From NCBI GenBank assembly GCA_963674755.2, contig CAXXVS010000002.1:1600001-1664000 (forward strand): 64,000 nt of DNA, read 5' to 3'. Position numbers and translations under genes: made by a program. The notes beneath the pieces are model-generated. The model made no database searches. It was not told where the DNA came from and saw only the letters and a list, made by a program, of their open reading frames with translations. Every line of letters begins with the position of its first letter. Position 1 is the first letter of the stretch. This DNA comes from Desulfobacterales bacterium (lineage in GTDB: Bacteria; Desulfobacterota; Desulfobacteria; Desulfobacterales; UBA5852). Positions 32,400-42,799 of the stretch are shown here, piece by piece.

Positions 32400-34100
32400 T
32401 TAGGGATTCATCTCATAGGAGTCCGCCAGCGTCAGCACATCATTCTGCCACACCCGCTGGAAGCGCGCCTCGTCCACCACCGGCTTGCGGATCATCTTGA
32501 GGCAACCTTCCATCTGGGCGTCCGTACTGCTGGTCTTGGAGTAGAGCTGCAGGGCGAACTTGGCGAAATCCCGCACCATGAAATCGAAGATCTGTTCCAG
32601 CAGATCCGCCCCCAGTCCTTCCAGGTTCCATTTCTCGATGATGAGCTGACCGTAGGCCACCAGGGTGAAGAGCTCGCCCAGGCACAGCAGGAAATCGATG
32701 TCCCGGGCCTGCTCCTTGCTGGGCGGCGCCGTCATGAGCAGGGTCTTGAGGGCCTCGATCTGCTCCTTGAAGATGGTCACGTTGGGGGACGACACACTGC
32801 CGTAGGCCGCCATGAAGTCGTGGAACTGGATCTTGCCCAGCCCCCGGGTGGGCCCCTGGTCGAAGAGAAAGGCGTCGTGGGCCGCATCCGTGCGGACCGG
32901 GATGTCCGGAAACGTGCCCGGATTGAAGAAGTAGTTGGCCATGAACTTCACGATCAGGGCCATGTTGACATGCACGGTCCCCTCGAGCTTGGGCAGGGCC
33001 CTGATATCCCGGGCCGCCATCTCGAAATAGGCGTCCTTCTCGAAGCCCCGGGCCGCGATGACATCCCACAGGAGATTGATCACCTCCTCCCCCTGGGTGG
33101 TGACCTTCATCTTCACCATGGGATTGAAAAGCAGGTAGCGCCGATCTTCCCGGGAGGCCGAGCGCATGTAGTCGATGGACCGGGCGGCGAATACCCGCAT
33201 GGCCGCCAGGCGGGCATAGGCGTCGGTCATCATCTGCTGGATGTGGGGGAATTCGGTGACGAATTTGCCGTACAGGTTGCGGTGGGCGGCATGGTTGATG
33301 GCCTCGTAGAAGGCGTGGGTGCAGATGCCGATGGAGGCCCAGCCCAGGTTGAACTTGCCCACGTTGACCGTGTTGAGGGCCGCGTCCCAGGCCTCCTGCC
33401 CGCTGGAGAGGATCTCGCCGTCCGTGATGGGATAGCCGCTCAGGGCGTATTCGGCCACGAACATCTGGGAGTTGACGATGTTTTTCACCAGCTCGAAATG
33501 CTCATCCTTGGTTTGGACGGCAAACCAGACATAGTCGTCCGTTTCGGAGTTCTTGCCGAAGGTGGACAGCAGGGCCGCCTCATTGCCGTTGCCGATGTAA
33601 TACTTCCCGCCGTCGGCCACATAACTTCCCTCCCCCAGCGGCGTCAGCATCATCTCGGAAGAATACAAATCCGCCCCGTGGGCCTTCTCGGACAGCCCGA
33701 AGCCGAAGATCCCGCCCTCTTGCAGGAGTTTGCCGGTTTTCTCCCGGATCGATTTGTTGGGGCTCATCCAGATGGGCCCCAGCCCCAGGATGGTCACCTG
33801 CCAGGTGTACCAGTAGGCCAGCCCGTAAAAGCCCAAAATCTCGTTGAACACGCAGTTGCGGTAGGTGTCCCAGCGGGCGTCCGGGTTGTCCCCCGCAAAT
33901 TCGGGCGGGGTCAGCAGGGTGGCGAACACCTGGTTTTCCTTGACGAACTCCAGGAAATCCGCGTACCAGCGCCGTTCGTGGTCGTCCTCCTTGAGTTGGG
34001 CCTTGCCCTTGGCCTCGAAGAATTCAATAGTCTTGGCCATGATCTCCCTGGACCGGGCGTCCAGATGGTCGAAGCGCTCTTTGCGGGGATTGAATAACAT
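32400..34100 (-). CDS. acyl-CoA dehydrogenase family protein
   Basis: FGLSEKAHGADL, GGKYYIGNG, RNLYGK and PKLEGTVHVN. Confidence 0.9.
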   Translation of the reverse strand: MLFNPRKERFDHLDARSREIMAKTIEFFEAKGKAQLKEDDHERRWYADFLEFVKENQVFATLLTPPEFAGDNPDARWDTYRNCVFNEILGFYGLAYWYTWQVTILGLGPIWMSPNKSIREKTGKLLQEGGIFGFGLSEKAHGADLYSSEMMLTPLGEGSYVADGGKYYIGNGNEAALLSTFGKNSETDDYVWFAVQTKDEHFELVKNIVNSQMFVAEYALSGYPITDGEILSSGQEAWDAALNTVNVGKFNLGWASIGICTHAFYEAINHAAHRNLYGKFVTEFPHIQQMMTDAYARLAAMRVFAARSIDYMRSASREDRRYLLFNPMVKMKVTTQGEEVINLLWDVIAARGFEKDAYFEMAARDIRALPKLEGTVHVNMALIVKFMANYFFNPGTFPDIPVRTDAAHDAFLFDQGPTRGLGKIQFHDFMAAYGSVSSPNVTIFKEQIEALKTLLMTAPPSKEQARDIDFLLCLGELFTLVAYGQLIIEKWNLEGLGADLLEQIFDFMVRDFAKFALQLYSKTSSTDAQMEGCLKMIRKPVVDEARFQRVWQNDVLTLADSYEMNP

Positions 34101-34305
34101 GGTCTTCCTCCTCGTTGGCCGGCCGTTAAATAGTCTTGAGTGACTATTATGTCTGATGGCGGCTTTTGTTGTTTGTATACTAACATCTGGGTTGCTGTTT
34201 TACGGAACCGCATTAACCATAGAATTCGGCTTTATAACCAGCCCGATTAAGGCCGCCGCCTTTTAAAGCCGATATCATACTGTTTTTTTGGGTTTCGTTG
34301 TTCAC

Positions 34306-34502
34306 CCCTTTGTCCCGCGCCGAGCATCGGTGTGGAGGTCGGATTAAAGCGCGCGGACTGCCTGTCCGCCGAAGGCTTGTCGCAGGCGGGTCTGAGCGAA
34401 GCGAGTTTCCGCGTGCTCCGGCCGTAGCGACGACGCGCAGGATTAAGCGGGACACGGGCGTTTTCTTTTGGTTCGTTTTCTTTTCACGCGAAAGAAAATG
34501 AA
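34306..34502 (+). repeat. structured dispersed repeat, copy A (30-bp hairpin insert at 34361-34390)
   Basis: Homologous to 60309-60479 and, inverted, to 62608-62800. Confidence 0.85.
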
Positions 34503-34581
34503 CATACGGCGATAGGGATAAAGTGCCCAAAAGTACCGCCATTCGCAGATTGCCACTAATGGTGGATAATATCGATCAAAG

Positions 34582-35010
34582 TCAGCTAATCATGAGATCG
34601 TACAAGAACCGTTTCAGCAACACCTGCTCCTCCAGGCTGAAACCGGCCAGGAGCGCCTCGTTGGCCTTCTGCCGCAGGGCGATCAGCTCCGCTTTCTGCT
34701 CATCGGCCTTGGCGGCCGTAAACAGGCGCACCACCCGCCGGTCGTCGGGATCGGGCCGCTTCTCGATCCAGCCGGCCTCGGCCATGCGGTCCAGCACCCC
34801 GGACAGGGTGGCCTTGTCCATCACCAACAGCTTGCCCAGTTCGGCTGCGGTCTGCCCGGCTTCATGCCAGAGACCCTCTAACACGAGATGCTGCAAATTG
34901 GTCAGCCCGTATGGCTTCAACACCTCCTTGAAGCGCCCGTGGGCCTTCTGGTAGGCCTTGGCCAGCAGGAAAATGGTGCAGTCCGGCAACGGCTTGTTGG
35001 TCTTGGTCAT
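34582..35010 (-). CDS. MarR family regulator
   Basis: DKATLSGVLDRM...GWIEKRPDPDDRR. Confidence 0.92.
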   Translation of the reverse strand: MTKTNKPLPDCTIFLLAKAYQKAHGRFKEVLKPYGLTNLQHLVLEGLWHEAGQTAAELGKLLVMDKATLSGVLDRMAEAGWIEKRPDPDDRRVVRLFTAAKADEQKAELIALRQKANEALLAGFSLEEQVLLKRFLYDLMIS

Positions 35011-35186
35011 ACCCTATTCCCTTCGTATACGAACAATTATCCGCAGGCGCCATTTTTGTCAAGTATATCCTATGAAATTCACTATCGAGGCGTCTGGATT
35101 GCGGTGAGATTTTGCGACTGGTCAGCTAACGCCCGTCGTCTTTTATAGAAGCTGATCATATGGAAAAGCTTCTAATGTAATCCCGC

Positions 35187-36155
35187 TCAACGAAAACCGT
35201 AGCGGGCGGTCCGCTTATCGCCGGTTTTTTTGAGAAACTTCGTTTGAACGCCGAACTGGAGATCACGGCTGGCCGTGGCGGTGGAAATGGTTTTGAAAAT
35301 GGAAAGGTAGTCTTTTCGGGTGAACGATTGATGGCCGAGGGTACCTTTGGCCAGTTCAAGTCGGGCCGAGGTGTCGAGGGAGATGGGGCCTGCTTGCTGT
35401 ATGAGCTCGTCTAATGATGCGCTGATCAGCGCCAGCATCAGGACCACAAAGCCCGTGCAGTCGCCGGTGTCGTCGCCGGCCGCCAGGTCACGATAATAGT
35501 CCTGCTGGTGTTCTTTGATGTATTCTTCAACGGGCAGAAATTCGAACACGGGATGATACCGCATCAGAAGCAGGGTTTGCCAGAGCCGGCCCATACGTCC
35601 GTTGCCATCCATGAACGGATGAATGAATTCGAGCTGGTAATGGAAGCGGCAGGACTGAACCAGCAGGTGATCGTCCGTCGTCCCGAGATAGTCGAAAAGA
35701 GCCTGGACCATTGGCGCCACTTCCCGCCAGGGGGGGGCTTCATGGAAACGATTTCCCGGGCGGAGAACCCCTATCGGTCCTTTTCGGAAAGCGCCGGCCG
35801 ACGGTATCAGCCCTTCCATCATGATCTGGTGGGCGTTTAAAAGCGCATCGACAGAGATAGGATCGAATGCGGCCAGCCGGTTATAAACGGCAATGGCATT
35901 CTGAACTTCCAGGATATCCTGGCGGGGACCGATGACACGTTTGCGATCGATCAGCGCGGTCACCTGATCGCGCGTAAGCGAATTGCCCTCGATGGACAGG
36001 GAGGCCTGGATGGTCTGGATGCGATTTTTCCTGCGAAGTTTTGGAGCGGGCCGTTGAAGGTTGATCCCTTCCAATTGACCGATTCGTTTGGCGATATCCG
36101 TCAATCGCTGAATGACATGGGCCGTTGCGCGAAAATGGGATAAGGTCTGTTCCAT
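35187..36155 (-). CDS. Fic family protein with C-terminal HTH
   Basis: HPFMDGNGRMGR Fic motif, SLSIEGN and TASRDL HTH. Confidence 0.92.
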   Translation of the reverse strand: MEQTLSHFRATAHVIQRLTDIAKRIGQLEGINLQRPAPKLRRKNRIQTIQASLSIEGNSLTRDQVTALIDRKRVIGPRQDILEVQNAIAVYNRLAAFDPISVDALLNAHQIMMEGLIPSAGAFRKGPIGVLRPGNRFHEAPPWREVAPMVQALFDYLGTTDDHLLVQSCRFHYQLEFIHPFMDGNGRMGRLWQTLLLMRYHPVFEFLPVEEYIKEHQQDYYRDLAAGDDTGDCTGFVVLMLALISASLDELIQQAGPISLDTSARLELAKGTLGHQSFTRKDYLSIFKTISTATASRDLQFGVQTKFLKKTGDKRTARYGFR

Positions 36156-36266
36156 ACTCATGATAGTATCATACGATACTATCATGATCAAGGGAAGCTA
36201 AAAATCGCTCGGGCAAAGAGGGGCAAATTGCGGTGGGAATTTGCTGTCCTGTTAGTCAAAGGCCCC

Positions 36267-37178
36267 TCATTTCTTATGCCAAGCCCCTTTATACTGATTG
36301 CCAGATGGAGGGGTGCCCCGAAGCTCTTTGGAGAACTGACAGTCCTCGATACTCAGCGGGTCCTTGCGGTTAAGCCTGATGAGGGCCTGCACGATGTCCT
36401 CACTCAGCACCCCCCGGCCAGCCTGTTGACTCAGCGTTTCCAGCGCCGTTCGTAAATCATAGGACTGGGCTCTGTAGGGACGTCTGGTGATGAGGGCATC
36501 AAACACATCGCTTACGCCAACGATCTCGACAAGTTTGTTTTCCAGCCTGATCCCGCGCGGATATCCGCTGCCGTCCCGCCTTTCGTGATGATCCCGGGCC
36601 GTGACGGCCGCAGGGTGGTCAGGGTCCTGCAAATAATAGCTCAACAGCACATAGCCGGCGGCGACATGATGACTCAACTGCTGCCGCTCTTGTTCGTTCA
36701 GAGGTGATGACTTCTTGAGGACGGTCATGGGGACGCATATTTTACCGAGATCGTGATTGGACGCTGACAACAACTCCATGGCAAGTTCGCTGCGGCTTTC
36801 AATGAGGTCTTGGGCCAGCAGCAATGAAAGGGCGAAAACGGTCAGGATATGACGGTATGTGTAGGGATCGCGCGTGTTAAAATAATCGTAGATGTCAAGC
36901 AGCGGTTTAACCAGTTGCACCTGCTGCAAATGGTCAAATACGTCCTGTTTTCGTGCGCGATCGGAAAAAATCCGGTTGTAGGGCGGCGTATTGCAGATGC
37001 GTTCAAGATCGATGGCGATTGTGCCGTGTGTCAATAAAGGCCGTGTCGCAAGCGTATGGTTTTGGGACGCACGAACTAAGCGATCCATTGCATCGGTTGT
37101 CAGAAAGGTACCGGCGGGAAGCAATTCTTCATCATCGAGGGTTGTTACCGGGTAATGCAACTCTATAGGGCGGTCCAT
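36267..37178 (-). CDS. HD-GYP phosphodiesterase
   Basis: HDLGK, HHERRDGSGYP and DVFDAL..RRPYR. Confidence 0.9.
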   Translation of the reverse strand: MDRPIELHYPVTTLDDEELLPAGTFLTTDAMDRLVRASQNHTLATRPLLTHGTIAIDLERICNTPPYNRIFSDRARKQDVFDHLQQVQLVKPLLDIYDYFNTRDPYTYRHILTVFALSLLLAQDLIESRSELAMELLSASNHDLGKICVPMTVLKKSSPLNEQERQQLSHHVAAGYVLLSYYLQDPDHPAAVTARDHHERRDGSGYPRGIRLENKLVEIVGVSDVFDALITRRPYRAQSYDLRTALETLSQQAGRGVLSEDIVQALIRLNRKDPLSIEDCQFSKELRGTPPSGNQYKGAWHKK

Positions 37179-37444
37179 AACCAGATCCAGTAAGGCAGGC
37201 TGTTAATCATAACCGCGTGCGTGTCAGGACAAGTTAAGGCCAATTATCGTTTTTTGTCAACGGATTTGGGTTGGCAGGATGCCGCAATCTTTTTGATATC
37301 TTGACCTTTTTTTCAACTGGGCCGCCTGAGGCGTCGAATCCATGGAAGACTCGGGCCGCCTCCGGTAGAGGATTGGGAATGCCGCAACAAATGTCATCAA
37401 GCGCCAGGTCGTAATGCGTTTCAAGTGCTGGGGCAATCTTTCCT

Positions 37445-40400
37445 TCAAGGCCCGGCTGACGGCCGGGACGCCCGGCGCTGCCAGCTCTCGTAGACCAGCG
37501 GAATAACGATCAGGGTCAGCATGGTCGAGGCCAGCGTCCCGAAAATCAGGGAAATGGCCAGCCCTCCGAAAACCGGATCCGTCACCATCACCGTCGAACC
37601 GAAGACAATGGCCAGCGCCGTGAGCAGAATCGGCCGGAACCTGACCGCCCCGGCTTCGGTTACGGCCTCTTCCAGGGAATAGCCCTGTTGGCGGTAATCC
37701 TGGATAAAGTCGATCAGAAGCAGGGAATTTCGCACCACAATCCCCGCCAGGGCAATGAAACCGATCATGGAGGTGGCATTGAAGGGCATGTTGAACAGCC
37801 AGTGGCCCGGAAACATGCCGATGAGGGTCAGGGGAATCGCTCCCATCACGATAACGGGCATCAGGAACGACTGGTAGTAGGCCACCAGGAGCAGGTAGAT
37901 GAACACCAGGGCCACGCAGAAGGCCGTGCCCAGATCCCGGAAGACATCCAGGGTGAGACGCATGTCGCCGCCCCAGAACACCTGGTAGCGGCTGACCCCT
38001 TCCGGCTCGGCGTCGAAAAACCCCAGGTTGCCCGTGGTGACCTGCACGCCGTTGGGCAATTGTTTCCCGTCGAGCAGGTGGTCCAGAACCAGGGCGGCAT
38101 ACTCGGGCGAGGATCCCATGAGGTCGCCCATCACATAGACCACCTGATGGCCGTTGCGGCTGAGGATGGGTTTGGCCTCCGGCAGACGGCGGATCCGCAC
38201 CACCGCGTCCAGCGGCACCTGGCGCCCCTGGGCATTGGTGACCGACAGGTCCAGAACCTGCCGGATCCAGGCCCGGTCCGCCTGATTCAGGCGCACGATG
38301 ATGTCCTCGGGTTCCACGCTGGGGCGGTAGACCGAGCCGATGGTGGCGCCGGTCACGGCCTCCCTCACGAGCCGGGCCACCTGGGCCGGCACCAGACCGG
38401 AGAGCATGGCCTTGCGCTGGTCCACCGCGATCCGATAGCTCGCATGGGTCGCGGTGACGGAGTCGTGAACGTCGATCATGCCGTAGACCTTCTTGAACGC
38501 TTCGGTGACGTAGCCCGCGCTCTGGCGCAGGGTGTCGTAATCCGGACCGTAGATCCGGGCCACCACCTGGGCGCGGGTCGGCGGACCCGGAGGGGTCAGG
38601 AAAAGCATGATGTGGGTTTGGGGGAAGCGTTCGCGCACCGGAGCCAGGGCCTGCCAGATCCCGGCGCCGACCTTTGCCGTATGGGGGCGCGACGCCTTGG
38701 GGACCAGGTTGACGACGATCTGGGCGATGTTGGCGCCACGGGCCATTTCATCCCCCCGCACCATGCCGGCAAAGGAGAGCGGACCGGTACGGCCCAGGTA
38801 GGTGACCAGGTGTTCCACATAGGGGTTTTGGGCCGTCACCTCCCCCACCGCCAGGGCCACGCGGTTCGTGGCCGGCAGGGCCGTGCCGGCCGGCGTCTGG
38901 ATCTGGATCGTCAGGGTGCTGACATTGCCGTCCGGGAGCATTTTGAAACTCACCCCCAGCAGGCTCTCCGGCCCGTTCATGCCCTGGGGCCGGATAAACT
39001 GCCAGAGGGGCATCAACAGGGAAGCGAACAGCAGCCCCAGGACGACGGCCAAAAAGATGGTGCGCTTGGCGGCGCTTTGCTGGAGGGGCCGGAACAGGGC
39101 CAGATAGATCCGCCGCAGGGGCTCCTGCGGGGCGGCCTCCGCCTCTTCCATGGCGGGCCGTTCCTGCGCTTCCTGGCGGGCCGCCGTGCTGCGCAGCCAG
39201 CGCAGGGCGATATAGGGCACCATGATGTCGGCCAGCATCAGCGAGGTGATCATGGCCACGGGCACATTCATAGGGATGGGCCGCATGAAGGGGCCCATCA
39301 TGCCGGTGACGAAGAGCATGGGGATAAAGGCCACGATCACCGTGAAGGTGGCCATGACGGTGGGGCTTCCGATCTCGTTGGTGGCCCGGACCACAAGGGC
39401 CCCGAAATCCTTGATGGATCGCGCCCGGTGGATGTGGCGGTGGATGTTTTCGATGACCACGATGCCGTCGTCCACCAGAAGTCCCAGGGAGAGAATCAGG
39501 GCGAAGAGGGTGATCCGGTTGATGGTCTGCCCCAGGATCATGCCGACCCCCAACACCACCGAAAGCGTCAGGGGCACCAGGAGCGTGACGATCGCGGCCT
39601 CCCGCCACCCCAGAAAGAACATCAGGATCACGAGCACCGATAACAGCGCGATGCCCAGGTGCTCGATCAGGGTGTTGACCGCCTCGTCGGCCCGCTGGCC
39701 GTAGTTGCGCGTAATGGTGACGTCGACGCCCTCGGGCAGGGCCTCGCGTTTGAGGGTGGCGAGCTTTTCCAGCAGGGCCCGGGCCACGGTCACGGAATTG
39801 GTCCCGGGCCGTTTTCCGATGGCGATGGTAACCGCATTGACCGGATCGCCGGCGGGCCGGCCGTTTTGGCCCCGGCCGAACGTGAGCCAGGCATGCTGTG
39901 CGGGTGTTTGCGGCCCCGTTTCGATGACGGCCACCTCTTTGAGCAGCACAGGCAGGTTGTTATGCACCCCGATCACGGCATCCCCCAGATCGTCCACCGA
40001 GGCGAAGGCCGCCCGGACCCGCAGGGGAATGCGTTCGTTTTGAGCCTCCAGATGACCGGCCGGAAGCACCACGTTGGCACCTTTGAGGGTTTCGATCAGC
40101 CGGTCGAGGGGGATGCCGGTGGCGGCCAGGCGTTGCGGCGCCACCAGGATCCTGACCGCCTGGGGCCGGGTCCCGATCACGTGGCTTATGCCGCTGTCGG
40201 GGATCGTGTGCAGCTGGGCCAGGAAATGTTCGGCGATCTGCCGCAGGCGCGTTTCCGTCGCGGAGCGGGAACTCAGGGTCACCGCCAGGATCGGCACGTC
40301 GTTGATGCCCATGCTTTTCACCAGCGGGGTCATGGTGCCGGGCGGCAGCCGGTCCATGTTGCGCTGGAGCTCGTTGTAGAGATACATGAGGCTCGCGATC

Positions 40401-40738
40401 TCGTCGGCCCCCACCTTGAACTGCACCATCACCACGCCCATGTCGTTGGCGGCGTAGCCGTAGGTGTGCTTGACCCCTTTCAGGGAGTGCATCAACTGCT
40501 CCAGGGGCCTGACGATCTGGGCCCGGATCTGGGCCGGCCCGTTGCCGGGACGGCTGACGATAATCTGGGCACCGGGGACCACGATCTCCGGGTTGTAAAG
40601 ACGGGGGGTGGTCAGGACGGCCAGAAGGCCGAACAGCACGATGGCCACGGCGATGAGCGGGGTGATCTTGGTGTGCAGAAAGATGTCGGCCAGCTTTCCG
40701 GAAAAATTCAGGCGCTCCGTCGCCGCGGGCGTCTTCAT
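37445..40738 (-). CDS. RND efflux permease (AcrB family)
   Basis: GLLVDDGIVVIEN, GIVVRNSLLL and RFRPILLT; 1097 aa. Confidence 0.93.
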   Translation of the reverse strand: MKTPAATERLNFSGKLADIFLHTKITPLIAVAIVLFGLLAVLTTPRLYNPEIVVPGAQIIVSRPGNGPAQIRAQIVRPLEQLMHSLKGVKHTYGYAANDMGVVMVQFKVGADEIASLMYLYNELQRNMDRLPPGTMTPLVKSMGINDVPILAVTLSSRSATETRLRQIAEHFLAQLHTIPDSGISHVIGTRPQAVRILVAPQRLAATGIPLDRLIETLKGANVVLPAGHLEAQNERIPLRVRAAFASVDDLGDAVIGVHNNLPVLLKEVAVIETGPQTPAQHAWLTFGRGQNGRPAGDPVNAVTIAIGKRPGTNSVTVARALLEKLATLKREALPEGVDVTITRNYGQRADEAVNTLIEHLGIALLSVLVILMFFLGWREAAIVTLLVPLTLSVVLGVGMILGQTINRITLFALILSLGLLVDDGIVVIENIHRHIHRARSIKDFGALVVRATNEIGSPTVMATFTVIVAFIPMLFVTGMMGPFMRPIPMNVPVAMITSLMLADIMVPYIALRWLRSTAARQEAQERPAMEEAEAAPQEPLRRIYLALFRPLQQSAAKRTIFLAVVLGLLFASLLMPLWQFIRPQGMNGPESLLGVSFKMLPDGNVSTLTIQIQTPAGTALPATNRVALAVGEVTAQNPYVEHLVTYLGRTGPLSFAGMVRGDEMARGANIAQIVVNLVPKASRPHTAKVGAGIWQALAPVRERFPQTHIMLFLTPPGPPTRAQVVARIYGPDYDTLRQSAGYVTEAFKKVYGMIDVHDSVTATHASYRIAVDQRKAMLSGLVPAQVARLVREAVTGATIGSVYRPSVEPEDIIVRLNQADRAWIRQVLDLSVTNAQGRQVPLDAVVRIRRLPEAKPILSRNGHQVVYVMGDLMGSSPEYAALVLDHLLDGKQLPNGVQVTTGNLGFFDAEPEGVSRYQVFWGGDMRLTLDVFRDLGTAFCVALVFIYLLLVAYYQSFLMPVIVMGAIPLTLIGMFPGHWLFNMPFNATSMIGFIALAGIVVRNSLLLIDFIQDYRQQGYSLEEAVTEAGAVRFRPILLTALAIVFGSTVMVTDPVFGGLAISLIFGTLASTMLTLIVIPLVYESWQRRASRPSAGP

Positions 40739-41859
40739 GACCGGCCCTCGGCCCGCTCCCGGATGCGGACGCCGTTGGCCAGCGGCCCGCTTGCCGCGGT
40801 AATGAGGCGGTCGCCGGGAAAGAGGCCGCTCAGGATGACCGTCCCCTGGGCCATCCGCCGGCCCGGGGTGACCATCCGGAACCGGGCCCGATCCTGGTCG
40901 TCGACCACGAACACCCCGGTGATGCCGGCGCGCGTGTAAATCGCCCCGCTGGGCACCACGATGCCCGGCTGATCCCCCACCTGAACATTCACCGACGTAT
41001 ACTGGCCGCTGAACAGCCCCTCGTCTTCCGGAAGCCCGATTTTAACCAGATGGGTATGGGTCGCCGGATCGGCGGCCGCCACGAGGCGATCGACCGTCCC
41101 GGTTACCGTCCGCAGGCCGCCTTCCGGCCCTTCGAAATCGACGCGGATCGATTGGCCCAGGGCCAGATGGACAAAAGCCGGTTCGGATATCTGGGCTTTT
41201 ACCTGGAGGTGCACCGGGTCTTCCAGCACCAGCACGGGCACGCCGGGCGCGACCAGCTGCCCGTCGTCGACCGGTCTGGCCACCACCAGGCCGTCGAAGG
41301 GCGAGCGGACTTCGGCATACTTGATCTGGGTGCTCGCCGCAGCCAGGGCGGCTTCGGCAGCCTGGTATTCGCCCTGGGCCACGTGGTACGCCGTTTCCAT
41401 TTCCTGGAACCTTTCCTTGGTGGCCGCCTGTTGCCGATAGAGGTTTTGGTAGCGCTCGTAATTCTCACGGGCCCCGGCCAGCGCGGCTTTGGCCTTGGCC
41501 AGCCCGGCCTGGGCGCGGCGGATTTGGGCCTTTACCCCGGTGGGATCCACGGCGAAGAGAAACTGTCCCTTGGTGACCTTTTCGCCCTCATGAACCGCCA
41601 GCTTGCGGACATAGCCGCTCAGGCGGGAGGAAACCTCCACCCGGTCGCTGGAAACCACGCTGCCGGGAAACACGGCATAGACGGGCAGCCGAACGGAAGC
41701 GATGGTTTCGATCCGGGCCTCGATTGGCCGGCCCGCCTCCGGCGCGGCTTCCGGCGCTTCCTTGCTGCATCCGACGGCCAGACACGCCAGTAAAACCGCC
41801 GCAATCGATGTCATCCGCCGGCGCAACCCGCCGTCTCCGGAAATTTCGGTAGACCTCAT
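40735..41859 (-). CDS. RND membrane fusion lipoprotein
   Basis: Lipobox LAVGC, lipoyl/hairpin motifs (SPFDG); overlaps the permease start. Confidence 0.9.
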   Translation of the reverse strand: MRSTEISGDGGLRRRMTSIAAVLLACLAVGCSKEAPEAAPEAGRPIEARIETIASVRLPVYAVFPGSVVSSDRVEVSSRLSGYVRKLAVHEGEKVTKGQFLFAVDPTGVKAQIRRAQAGLAKAKAALAGARENYERYQNLYRQQAATKERFQEMETAYHVAQGEYQAAEAALAAASTQIKYAEVRSPFDGLVVARPVDDGQLVAPGVPVLVLEDPVHLQVKAQISEPAFVHLALGQSIRVDFEGPEGGLRTVTGTVDRLVAAADPATHTHLVKIGLPEDEGLFSGQYTSVNVQVGDQPGIVVPSGAIYTRAGITGVFVVDDQDRARFRMVTPGRRMAQGTVILSGLFPGDRLITAASGPLANGVRIRERAEGRS

Positions 41860-42184
41860 CCGTCCAAATCCTCCCTGGGGGTCTCATCACCGGCGTCAGC
41901 GTGCCGGATCTTTGATGATGAAACGATTGACAGATCTCCGCCCGGCCAAATCCGGTATCGAAAACCAACCGGCGCGCTGCCGGTCGGATCATCAGGGGAT
42001 GGCCCTCGTTGGCCCGACATCGGCCAGGAAGCCGGCCATCGCCCTTCGCGGAAAACTAGCACATCCCGCAGGGCGTCGCCAATACAGGCTATTCCGTATT
42101 TTGCGACCTCAGGGATTGGGGAATATACGGGTAGGGTTGTTGACCGTCATCGCGCCCATTTGGAGCGAAGCGCCGGATCTAAAT

Positions 42185-42799
42185 TCAAACGTCGACCCCA
42201 TGCAGGATGAGCGATCCGGCGATGGTCCACATGGTGGCGCACACCAGGCTGTCGAGCACGCGCCAGGCCATGGGTTTCCGGAAAAGCGGGGCCAGCATCT
42301 GCCCCCCGAGGCTCAGGCTGAGAAACCATAGCGTGGAAGCGGATACGGCCCCCGTCCAGAAATACAGCCGGCTTTCCCCTTGGAATTGGCTGCTGACGCT
42401 GCCCAGGAGAACAACCGTATCCAGATAGAAATGCGGATTGAGCAGGGTAACCGCCAGGGTCGCGATGATGACGGCGCGCAATGACCCCACGGATGGGCTG
42501 GCGGCATCCAGACGCCCGCCCCTCAGCGCCGAACGAAGCGATCCCACCCCGTAAACAAACAGAAACCCGGCACCGCCCCAGGCCACCAGGCGCGACAGGA
42601 TGGCGCTGGCGGATATGGCCCTTCCAAAGCCGATCACGCCGGCCGTGATGAAGATAGCATCGCAGAGGATGCAGAGCACCGCAATGACAAGATGGTGATT
42701 CCGCCTGACCCCCTGGGACAGAACAAAGGCATTCTGGGCCCCGATGGCCACAATCAAGCCGCCCCCGGTACCAAAGCCCTGCAAAAATGGCGCGATCAT
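42185..42799 (-). CDS. argO: LysE/ArgO amino-acid exporter
   Basis: AIGAQNAFVLSQG and LNPHFYLDTV; divergent from argP. Confidence 0.88.
   Translation of the reverse strand: MIAPFLQGFGTGGGLIVAIGAQNAFVLSQGVRRNHHLVIAVLCILCDAIFITAGVIGFGRAISASAILSRLVAWGGAGFLFVYGVGSLRSALRGGRLDAASPSVGSLRAVIIATLAVTLLNPHFYLDTVVLLGSVSSQFQGESRLYFWTGAVSASTLWFLSLSLGGQMLAPLFRKPMAWRVLDSLVCATMWTIAGSLILHGVDV

Noticed and set aside
34213..34542. Similar short ORFs containing LRVVATAGARGNS (also near 60220-60483 and 62590-63132)
   Set aside because: They are translations of the non-coding repeat; starts and lengths differ between copies.
41856..42180. Missing outer-membrane factor gene upstream of the RND pair
   Set aside because: No TolC-like remnant is recognisable, and RND operons often share a TolC encoded elsewhere.
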